NCBI GenBank assembly: GCA_963777495.1
Contig: CAVZQM010000004.1
Location: forward strand, 362,715-426,714
DNA length: 64,000 nucleotides
Direction: 5' to 3'
Source: an uncultured Actinomycetes bacterium
GTDB taxonomy: Bacteria > Actinomycetota > UBA4738 > HRBIN12
Shown here: positions 46,348 through 53,240 of the stretch, in pieces
Layout of the letters: the number at the start of each line of letters is the position of its first letter
Position numbering within the stretch: the stretch's first letter is position 1
Notes under the pieces: generated by a model
The model's database searches: none
What the model saw: only the letters and a program-made list of their open reading frames with translations
What the model was told of the DNA's origin: nothing
Made by a program: the position numbers and the translations under genes

Positions 46348-47907
46348 ATGCCCGGCGGGGCCGGGGAGCGGCCCTACACTCAGCCCATGGTGAGCGAACG
46401 GGGGCGCGTGTCGTTCCTGCTCATGGTGGCCGCGTTGGTCGCCGTCGCGGGGGTGGCGACGATCGGCATCCATCCGCACTGGTCGCCCGACGGGCGGGCC
46501 ACGAACGATGCCCTGCTCGTCGGGTTCGGGTTGGCCGGCGCCATGGTGGCGCTCACTCGGTATCGGAGCACCGGCGATACGCACCCGTTGTTCGTGGGGG
46601 CGGCGCTGCTGGTCGTGGTCGTCCAGACCGTCATCTTCGACCAGCTGTGGATCCTGTCCGACGCCGCATCCCCGTGGGAAGGGCTGTCGTTCCCCTCGCT
46701 CGGCTGGCTCATCGGCTGGATGATCGCCGCCGCGGGGTTGGTCCTGGCTCGTCCGTGGTGGGACCGGCGAGGACGCAAGCCCCTCCGGGCGCCGCTGGTG
46801 CTCGGGTCGGCCGCGGGAGCGCTGCTGATCATGGACGTGATCCTGAGCGTGCCACGGCACTCCCTCCCGCGGGTGAAGAACGCGGAGCTCACCGGGGGAG
46901 GGGCGTTCGCCCACACATCCGGCTTCCACTGGGTCATGGGCGGGATCGTGATCGTCCTCCTGGCGATCGCGGCGTGGCGCGAGATGAAGGCCGGGGGGGA
47001 TGTGCGCTCGACGCACCCCTGGCTGGCGGCCGCCTGGACCCTGGCGGCGGCCGGACAGATCGTCCTGCTGGCGCATCCGGTTTCGTACCGCCCGATCGTG
47101 GTGCCGGCGGAGACGCTCGTCGTGGCAGCGGTCTTCCTGGCTCTGGTGGCATTCCTTGCACCGCAACGATCGGAGGCGTCGCGGGCGAGGAGGGCGTCCG
47201 ACCGGGCCCAGGAGGTCATGGGCGGTCGCGCGGAGATCGCCGCGATGATCTCGCACGAGGTCCGGGGCCCCGTGAGCACCATCCGCGGCCTGGCGGGGAC
47301 GGCTATCTCGCACTACGACCGTCTGGACGACGATGAACGTCGGGAGCTCCTCGGGCTCATCGAGCAGGAGTCCCGCCGGCTGTTGGCCACCGTGACCCAA
47401 GCCTCGACCGCGCTCAAGGTCGACGCCGCCACGGTCAACTACGAGATCCGCGCCCAGCCCCTGGATGCGGCGGTCCGCGAAGGGATCGCGGCGGCCGACG
47501 TCGGGACCCACCCCGTCGTCGAGGATCTCGCCGACGGAGAGGTGGCGATGGACCGGCGATGGATCATCGAGGCGGTCCGTCAATTGGTCGACAACGCCGC
47601 CAAGTTCTCCCCGCCGGACTCGCCGATCCACGTGGCCGCGCGGATCGACGACGGCGTCGCGACGATCGAGGTGGTGGATCGGGGTCCCGGGATCCCGTTC
47701 GAGCGCCGTGACGACGTCTTCGACAAGTATCCGAACTGGCGCCCCGACGGCTACGAGCAAGAGGCGGGCTCGGGGCTGGGGCTCTTCCTCGTCCGCGGCA
47801 TCGTCGCGGGCCATCAGGGCGAGGTTGGCATCGTCGACGTCCCCGGTGGGGGTACGATGCTCCGCGTCCGGATCCCCCGGATCCCCCGGATCCCGATGGA
47901 GGACTAG
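46348..47907 (+). CDS. Membrane sensor histidine kinase (multi-TM N-terminal domain, HisKA + HATPase_c)
   Basis: About 260 aa of TM helices, then H-box ISHEVRGP, N-box DNAAKFSP, and G-boxes DRGPGIP / GSGLGLFLVRGIV. ATG 46387 is an alternative start. Confidence 0.85.
   Translation: MPGGAGERPYTQPMVSERGRVSFLLMVAALVAVAGVATIGIHPHWSPDGRATNDALLVGFGLAGAMVALTRYRSTGDTHPLFVGAALLVVVVQTVIFDQLWILSDAASPWEGLSFPSLGWLIGWMIAAAGLVLARPWWDRRGRKPLRAPLVLGSAAGALLIMDVILSVPRHSLPRVKNAELTGGGAFAHTSGFHWVMGGIVIVLLAIAAWREMKAGGDVRSTHPWLAAAWTLAAAGQIVLLAHPVSYRPIVVPAETLVVAAVFLALVAFLAPQRSEASRARRASDRAQEVMGGRAEIAAMISHEVRGPVSTIRGLAGTAISHYDRLDDDERRELLGLIEQESRRLLATVTQASTALKVDAATVNYEIRAQPLDAAVREGIAAADVGTHPVVEDLADGEVAMDRRWIIEAVRQLVDNAAKFSPPDSPIHVAARIDDGVATIEVVDRGPGIPFERRDDVFDKYPNWRPDGYEQEAGSGLGLFLVRGIVAGHQGEVGIVDVPGGGTMLRVRIPRIPRIPMED
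47869..47895 (+). repeat. 9-bp tandem repeat (CGGATCCCC x3, last copy imperfect) encoding RIPRIPRIP at the kinase C-terminus
   Basis: Direct reading of 47869-47895. Confidence 0.8.
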
Positions 47908-48582
47908 GTGGCCGACGGATCGCGACCCGTGACGCTTCTCATCTGCGACGACCACCGGGTCTTGACCGACGCGTTGGCGATCGTGGTCGGGCTCGACGAC
48001 GGGCTCGAGCTGGTGGCTCCGCCCACCCAGGATCCGCAGTCGGCGATCGATCTCTGCTCGGAGTTCCTCCCCGACGTCGTGCTGATGGACGTGGACCTGA
48101 AAGCCCAGATGTCCGGGATCGACGCGACGCGGGCCATCAAGGAGAACTCCCCCGCCACGAAGGTCATCATCATGACGGCGCACGACGACGACCGGCTGCT
48201 CGTCGATGCGGTCGAAGCCGGCGCATCGGGCTTCTTGAGCAAGGATGACGCGGCGCAGGAGGTGCTCGCGGCGGTGAAGGCCGCGGCCGACGGCGAGGTG
48301 CTGATCGATCCGAGCACGCTTGCCCGGCTCCTGCCGCAGGTCGCCCGAGAGCGCGAGATCCAGCGCGACGCGCTCAACCTGCTGAACGATCTGACGGAAC
48401 GCGAACGCGAGATCTTGTCGCTGCTGGCGCAGGGCAAGCGGAACGACGACATCGCCACGCAGCTGTACATCAGCCCGCAGACCGTGCAGACGCACGTCCG
48501 CAATATCCTGGGCAAGCTCCGCGTCCACTCGAAGCTCGAGGCGGTCGCGTTCGCCGTGCGTCACGGCACCATCGCCGTGTAG
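47908..48582 (+). CDS. NarL/LuxR-family response regulator
   Basis: Receiver domain (LLICDDHRVL, MDVDLK) plus a LuxR HTH (LTEREREILSLLAQGKRNDDIATQLYISPQTVQTHVRNILGKL). The GTG start lies directly after the kinase stop. Confidence 0.9.
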   Translation: MADGSRPVTLLICDDHRVLTDALAIVVGLDDGLELVAPPTQDPQSAIDLCSEFLPDVVLMDVDLKAQMSGIDATRAIKENSPATKVIIMTAHDDDRLLVDAVEAGASGFLSKDDAAQEVLAAVKAAADGEVLIDPSTLARLLPQVAREREIQRDALNLLNDLTEREREILSLLAQGKRNDDIATQLYISPQTVQTHVRNILGKLRVHSKLEAVAFAVRHGTIAV

Positions 48583-48713
48583 CGTTTCCGCCCCTCTCCG
48601 CGCTCTTTTTTCCTACGACGTTCGGCTCCCGTCCGTTGCGATGTCGGCGCAACCGAGCGGTCGCTCCTTCGCGGAACGCTCTCCACGACACGCCTACGTA
48701 GTCAGGGTGACAT

Positions 48714-48803
48714 ACGTTGCTCCTTGAGTGCATCCGACTCTTTACGTACGTTGCTGTAGGGAGCACGTTGCGGTCCGCCGATATCCCTTGCAGCGCACTC
48801 AAG
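48714..48803 (+). promoter_or_regulatory. Candidate operator/promoter region of the TasA-like operon: phased ACGTTGC direct repeats plus a 9-bp inverted repeat
   Basis: ACGTTGC occurs at 48714, 48748 and 48765 (spacings of 34 and 17 nt). TACGTA occurs at 48695 and 48743. CTTGAGTGC (48723-48731) is the exact reverse complement of GCACTCAAG (48795-48803). The 300-nt non-coding gap is visibly less GC-rich than the flanking sequence. Confidence 0.4.
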
Positions 48804-48884
48804 CACGTCGGCCAGACCACCGAAATCATCCCAGGCCCATCGTGGGCGACGGCCGAGGGCCGGGAAGGTTCGAGGAGGTCTGGC

Positions 48885-49472
48885 ATGGACAGGATCCATC
48901 GTATGAGCCGGGGGCGGAAGGCGCTCCTGTCGCTGCTCCTGGTCGGCGCGGTCGGGACCGTCGCCGGTATCGGGACGTTCTCTGCGTTCTCGGCGACGAC
49001 CGTGAACGCCGGCAACGTGTTCGACGCCGGTTCGGTCTCCATCTCCGACAACGACGCGAACAGCGCGATGTACAACATCACGGACGCGGCGCCTGGTGAA
49101 GGCGTCACGGCGTGCATCCAGGTGACGTACACCGGATCGCTCGATTCGACGGTCTCGCTGTACGGCTCGGCCGTCGGGGCCATCGGGACGTACGTGGACC
49201 TCACCGTCGAGAAGGGCACCGGCATGGCCGGCTTCCCGGACTGCACAGGCTTCGTCTCCGAGGCCACCGTGTTCACCGGTGAGCTCGGCGGCTTCGCGTC
49301 GACGCACACGAACTTCGCGAACGGCGTCGTCACGAACCCCGGCGCCCAGACCGAGTGGACCCAGGGCGACGTGCTCGTCTACCGGTTCACATTGACGCTG
49401 CAGGACGACGACGCGGCCATCGGGCTGCAGTCGGGCACCCACAGCTTCACCTGGGAGGCGCAGAACGTCTAA
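48885..49472 (+). CDS. TasA/camelysin-like secreted protein, paralogue A (SipW-cognate-type signal peptide)
   Basis: 195 aa. The signal is RKALLSLLLVGAVGTVAGIGTFSAFSATT, followed by FDAGSVSISDND. The C-terminal HSFTWEAQNV resembles B. subtilis TasA (WAAFND...FASGTLDLS ... FSFEATQ, recalled from memory). SD GAGGAGG lies 6 nt upstream of the ATG. Confidence 0.75.
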   Translation: MDRIHRMSRGRKALLSLLLVGAVGTVAGIGTFSAFSATTVNAGNVFDAGSVSISDNDANSAMYNITDAAPGEGVTACIQVTYTGSLDSTVSLYGSAVGAIGTYVDLTVEKGTGMAGFPDCTGFVSEATVFTGELGGFASTHTNFANGVVTNPGAQTEWTQGDVLVYRFTLTLQDDDAAIGLQSGTHSFTWEAQNV

Positions 49473-49483
49473 GCACCGCTGAT

Positions 49484-49512
49484 CCGGGCGGGTCGCTTCG
49501 CGACCCGCCCGG
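49484..49512 (+). terminator. 13-bp perfect GC hairpin after paralogue A (attenuating terminator or RNA-stabilising element; no T tract)
   Basis: CCGGGCGGGTCGC-TTC-GCGACCCGCCCGG. Confidence 0.45.
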
Positions 49513-49617
49513 GGCCTCCTCGGGAGGTTCGGGCCCAACTCCTTCCTGGACCCGGACCTCCCGATCGAAGCCGGAAGCGCACACCGAGCACCGAGGAAGG
49601 ACGAGGAGGGGTCTGGC

Positions 49618-50223
49618 ATGAGAAGCACCATCGATCGCATGAGCAGGGGTCGCAAGACGCTCCTGTCGCTCCTACTGGTCGGCGTGGTCGGGACGGTCGC
49701 GAGCATCGGGACGTACTCCGCGTTCTCCGCGACCACCGTGAACGCCGGCGACAGCTTCGCCGCAGGAACCGTCGTGATCTCCGACAACGACGCCGGGGTC
49801 GCGATGTATACGGTCACGAACGCGCGACCGCTCGACGTCGTCACCCGGTGCATCCGTGTGACCTACACGGGTTCGCTCCCGGCGCTGGTCCGCCTCTACA
49901 CGACGACGCCCATCAACGCCTTCGGGCAGTACGTCACGCTTTCGATCGACAAGGGGACGATGCCGGTCGGCACCGTGTTCCCGAACTGCACCGGCTTCAC
50001 GCCGGACGCGGCACCGAACGTGTTCACGGGAACCCTGTCGAGCTTCGGCACCGGAAGGACGAACTTCGCCACCGGTGTGCCCGCCAACCCCGGCGTCGCG
50101 GTCCAGTGGGTGAACAACGACTCGCTGGTCTACCGGTTCACGCTGACCATGCAGGACAACCCGCTCGCGACGGGTGGGACGTCCGGCACGCACAGCTTCA
50201 CGTGGGAGGCGCAGAACGTCTAG
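49618..50223 (+). CDS. TasA/camelysin-like secreted protein, paralogue B
   Basis: 201 aa with RKTLLSLLLVGVVGTVASIGTYSAFSATT, FAAGTVVISDND, CIRVTYTGSLPA and a C-terminal HSFTWEAQNV. Confidence 0.75.
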   Translation: MRSTIDRMSRGRKTLLSLLLVGVVGTVASIGTYSAFSATTVNAGDSFAAGTVVISDNDAGVAMYTVTNARPLDVVTRCIRVTYTGSLPALVRLYTTTPINAFGQYVTLSIDKGTMPVGTVFPNCTGFTPDAAPNVFTGTLSSFGTGRTNFATGVPANPGVAVQWVNNDSLVYRFTLTMQDNPLATGGTSGTHSFTWEAQNV

Positions 50224-50240
50224 CAGGGCCGACGATCGCG

Positions 50241-50270
50241 CCGGGCGGGTCGCGTTCGCGACCCGCCCGG
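50241..50270 (+). terminator. 13-bp perfect GC hairpin after paralogue B (same sequence as 49484..49512)
   Basis: CCGGGCGGGTCGC-GTTC-GCGACCCGCCCGG. Confidence 0.45.
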
Positions 50271-50318
50271 GCACCAACCAACGGACGTCGGGCGGCACAC
50301 ATCGGGAGGGACGACGAA

Positions 50319-50888
50319 GTGGAGCGACGGAAGAACGGGCATCGGGCCGACTCCCGCGTGCGGGTGATCGGCTTCCTCCTCGGCATCGGCGTGGCCGCGA
50401 GCATCGTCGCGGCCCAGCGCATCCCCGCGGGGGCCGGCACCCTGGGCGCGGACATCCATGTCGTGGTCGTCCCCACGGGTGAGCTCGCCGTCAAGCCGTC
50501 GGGCAGGGTGCTCCAAGGGACGGGGCTCACACCCGCGTCCGACCCCGCGAAGGGGACCGTCGAGGTGTTGAACCAGACGGGGAGCGTGCTGCGGGTCTAC
50601 GTGCGAGGCATCCCCGATACGCCCGGCCTGGATCGAACCCTGTGGATCTCGGTCAGGGGCGCCGACGATGAGGAGATCTACCGAGGTGCCCTGGGTGGGT
50701 TCCGCCATTGGTCAGCGGTCGGCGTCACGATCCAACCCGGCGAGTGGCACACGTTCGCCTTCGAAGCGTGGGTGCCTGGCGACGTCGGACCGGGGTACGC
50801 GGGGAAGATCTCCCAGGTCGATCTGGGGTTCCTCACGCGGGTGAAGTCCGGTGCACGAGCCGGAGCACCGGCCGGAGAACGAGCATGA
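50319..50888 (+). CDS. Hypothetical membrane-anchored protein (N-terminal TM, beta-rich ectodomain) of the TasA-like locus
   Basis: GTG 50319 is preceded by GGGAGGG with an 8-nt spacer. The TM segment is VIGFLLGIGVAASIVAA. The stop overlaps the ATG of paralogue C (ATGA). No recognisable family. Confidence 0.55.
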   Translation: MERRKNGHRADSRVRVIGFLLGIGVAASIVAAQRIPAGAGTLGADIHVVVVPTGELAVKPSGRVLQGTGLTPASDPAKGTVEVLNQTGSVLRVYVRGIPDTPGLDRTLWISVRGADDEEIYRGALGGFRHWSAVGVTIQPGEWHTFAFEAWVPGDVGPGYAGKISQVDLGFLTRVKSGARAGAPAGERA

Positions 50889-51466
50889 ATCGGTCGACCC
50901 GGATCCTCGCGGCGTGCATCGCGACCGGGCTGATCGCGGTCGCATCCGGCCGCGCGACGTTCGCGGCGTTCACGCTCACCACGCAGAACACCAACGATTC
51001 GTACTCCGCCGGAACGGTGACGCTGGCCGACAACGACGCCGGGACGGTGATGTGGGACGTCGCGAACCAACTTCCGACATCGACCGCGATCGTGCGCTGT
51101 ATCCGTGTCACGTACACCGGATCGCTTCCCGCCGCGGTTCGCCTGTACACGACGACGGCGGCCTCACCGCTCGATCCCCACCTGAACGTCACCGTCGAGA
51201 AGGGCTCGATGCCCGTCGGCACGGTCTTCCCGAACTGCACCGGCTTCGTCGCGGAGGCCACCATCTCCGCGGCCGGTTCGTTGCAGGCGTTCAAGACCTC
51301 TCGGACGGGGTGGGCCAACGGCGCGGCGGCGTTCCCCGGGACGCAGACCACGTGGAACGCGGGCAACTCCTTGGTCTACCGGTTCACCGTCCAGCTGCAG
51401 AACGTGTTCGCCGCCCAGGGCCTCACGGGGCTCGTCGGATTCACCTGGGAGGCGCAGAACCAATGA
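50885..51466 (+). CDS. TasA/camelysin-like secreted protein, paralogue C (divergent signal)
   Basis: 193 aa with ILAACIATGLIAVASGRATFAAFTLTT, YSAGTVTLADND, CIRVTYTGSLPAAVRLYTTT and a C-terminal GFTWEAQNQ. Confidence 0.75.
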   Translation: MNRSTRILAACIATGLIAVASGRATFAAFTLTTQNTNDSYSAGTVTLADNDAGTVMWDVANQLPTSTAIVRCIRVTYTGSLPAAVRLYTTTAASPLDPHLNVTVEKGSMPVGTVFPNCTGFVAEATISAAGSLQAFKTSRTGWANGAAAFPGTQTTWNAGNSLVYRFTVQLQNVFAAQGLTGLVGFTWEAQNQ

Positions 51467-52071
51467 GGGGCGTGCTGCGACGCCTGCTGTTGTTCCTGGC
51501 GTGGGTCGTCCTCGGGACGTTGGGGGGACTCGTGCTGGCCATCGGCCTCCCGAACGCGTTCCATGCGAAGAGCCTGACGGTGATGTCGGGCAGCATGGAG
51601 CCGGTGATCGGCACCGGCGACATCGTGGTCGCTCGCCAGACCGCTCCTATGGACGTCCGTGTCGGGGACATCGTGACGTTCCGCGATCCGCTCAACCACG
51701 AGCGGTTGATCACCCACCGCGTGCGCGAGATGCACGTGTCGGCGACGACGTCGTGTTCGTCACGCGTGGCGACGCGAACACCGGCGAGGAGCAGTGGGCG
51801 CTGCCGAAGGACGGCACGATCGGTCGGGTGGCGTACCACCATCCCGAAGCTCGGCTACTTCATGGTCTGGTTCCACTCGACGTTCGGCCTGTTGCTCTTG
51901 ATCGTGCTCCCGACGCTCTTGCTGGGCGCTTCGGAGCTCTGGCGTCTGTGGCGGCCGCGCGGAGCCCACGAGCCGGGTGCGGCGAAGCGGTCGCCCGCGC
52001 CAGCAGGAGACGGAACCCGAGGGACGGGATGCGGCCCGACGGGGACGACGCGGGCGGAGGCTCCCCGATGA
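51463..52071 (+). CDS. sipW: SipW-like (archaeal/ER-type, S26B) signal peptidase I, carrying two compensating frameshifts as assembled
   Basis: It has an N-terminal TM segment, the catalytic Ser in MSGSMEPVIGTGDIVV and the His in LITHRV. The conserved FVTRGDANTGEE...GTIGRVAYH block is readable only in the frame of ORF 51501..53033, between about 51741 and 51840. It then returns to IPKLGYFMVWF plus a C-terminal TM segment. Confidence 0.75.
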   Translation: MRGVLRRLLLFLAWVVLGTLGGLVLAIGLPNAFHAKSLTVMSGSMEPVIGTGDIVVARQTAPMDVRVGDIVTFRDPLNHERLITHRVREMHVSATTSCSSRVATRTPARSSGRCRRTARSVGWRTTIPKLGYFMVWFHSTFGLLLLIVLPTLLLGASELWRLWRPRGAHEPGAAKRSPAPAGDGTRGTGCGPTGTTRAEAPR

Positions 52072-53033
52072 AGCGGTGGCGTAGTCGTCGCTTCCTGGTG
52101 CCGATGACGATCGGGTTGGTGCTCGGCCTGAGTGGCGGGGCGTTCGCGGCGTTCTCGGGCACGACGACGAACGGAGCCAACCGCTTCATCGCCGCCGCCG
52201 ACTGGGAGGCACCACACGTCACCCGTACGACGGTCGCGAAGACCGTGGGGTACCTGGCGGGCTCCATCCGTCAGGGCGGGCAGTTCTACGTCTACGCGCA
52301 GATCGACGACGGCGGCAATCCCCCCGCGGGCGTCGGAACGGTCACGGCGAACGTCTCCGCGTTCTCGACCGGAGGCACGGCCGTCGCGATGGTCGCGGGA
52401 GCCTTCTCCGAACAGGGCGTCCCCTACAACTACCGGAGCGCCGCGCGGACCGCGATCAACCCGATGGCGAACGGCACGCGGACGTACTCGTTCACCATGT
52501 CCGACACCGCGGTGCCGGTGCACACGCAGACCGAGACCGGGTTCACGGTCATCATCGACAACACGGCGCCCGCACCGGTCAACCTGACGACGGCGAACCG
52601 TGCCGGTGGCGTGGTCGGACGACCCGAGACAGGGGACAGCGTCACGTTCACGTGGAACTCCCCGATCGATCCCGAGTCACTCCTGCCCGGCTGGAACGGC
52701 GGGTCACCGGCGACCGTGACCGTGCGCATCAGGAACGTGGGGAACAACGATCGCATCCGTATCCGCGGGACGGCCAACAACAACCTCAACTTCGGACAGG
52801 TGTTCCTGCAGCAGAACTACGTTCCCGCTACGCGCACGTTCACGGGATCCGCGATCACGATGCTCGGCAACACCGTCACCATCGTGCTGGGCACGCCGAG
52901 CGGCACGGTGAACACCGTCACCGTCGCGTCAACGACAACGTGGCAGGCCTCGAACGGTGCCTACGACGTGGCCGGCAACCCCTGCTCCACGGCCACGATC
53001 ACCGGCTCGGGCTCGCCCAGGATCAACTTCTAG
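52068..53033 (+). CDS. Secreted 321-aa protein with SipW-cognate-like signal peptide (candidate accessory, anchor or tip subunit)
   Basis: MKRWRSRRFLVPMTIGLVLGLSGGAFAAFSGTTTNGANRF. The remainder is T/N/G/V-rich and beta-like. The ATG overlaps the sipW stop (ATGA). Confidence 0.65.
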   Translation: MKRWRSRRFLVPMTIGLVLGLSGGAFAAFSGTTTNGANRFIAAADWEAPHVTRTTVAKTVGYLAGSIRQGGQFYVYAQIDDGGNPPAGVGTVTANVSAFSTGGTAVAMVAGAFSEQGVPYNYRSAARTAINPMANGTRTYSFTMSDTAVPVHTQTETGFTVIIDNTAPAPVNLTTANRAGGVVGRPETGDSVTFTWNSPIDPESLLPGWNGGSPATVTVRIRNVGNNDRIRIRGTANNNLNFGQVFLQQNYVPATRTFTGSAITMLGNTVTIVLGTPSGTVNTVTVASTTTWQASNGAYDVAGNPCSTATITGSGSPRINF

Positions 53034-53181
53034 GAGACGGATGGACACGAGACTTTCGGCCATTACCCGTTCAGAGGTATCAACCGCAACGGGTGCACGA
53101 GCCGAAGATTCCCTTGCGGACGCCTTGGCAGCGGAGTTCGCATCGGGATCGCCTACCCCTTTCGGCGATCCCACCAAGATC

Positions 53182-53218
53182 GAAGGCCCGAGCCCACCCC
53201 TCCCGGGCTCGGGCCTTC
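53182..53218. terminator. Bidirectional hairpin between the convergent TasA-like operon and menE (14-bp stem)
   Basis: GAAGGCCCGAGCCC (53182-53195) pairs perfectly with GGGCTCGGGCCTTC (53205-53218) across a 9-nt loop. Confidence 0.6.
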
Positions 53219-53240
53219 GTTATCCCCCGGCGGCCGGGGC

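Larger units (their letters stand above)
48872..50270 (+). repeat. Tandem duplication of an SD-gene-hairpin module (period about 733 bp) carrying two TasA-like genes
   Basis: Both copies share GAGGAGG(G)GTCTGGCATG, near-identical signal-peptide coding, the identical ending CAGCTTCAC(C/G)TGGGAGGCGCAGAACGTCTA, and the same CCGGGCGGGTCGC...GCGACCCGCCCGG hairpin. Confidence 0.8.

Noticed and set aside
47869-47895. CRISPR-like repeat
   Set aside because: It is only a 9-bp in-frame microsatellite inside a kinase gene, with no spacers. No CRISPR array or cas genes occur anywhere in the window.
46321-48564. 747-aa minus-strand ORF spanning the whole kinase/regulator pair
   Set aside because: It is antisense to two genes with clear kinase and receiver/HTH motifs. 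Its translation is R/D/P/G-rich low-complexity sequence typical of shadow ORFs in high-GC DNA.
48583-48612. Intrinsic terminator after the NarL-type regulator gene (T-run at 48604-48610)
   Set aside because: The T tract is not preceded by a convincing GC-rich stem. At most 4 bp of pairing was found by eye.
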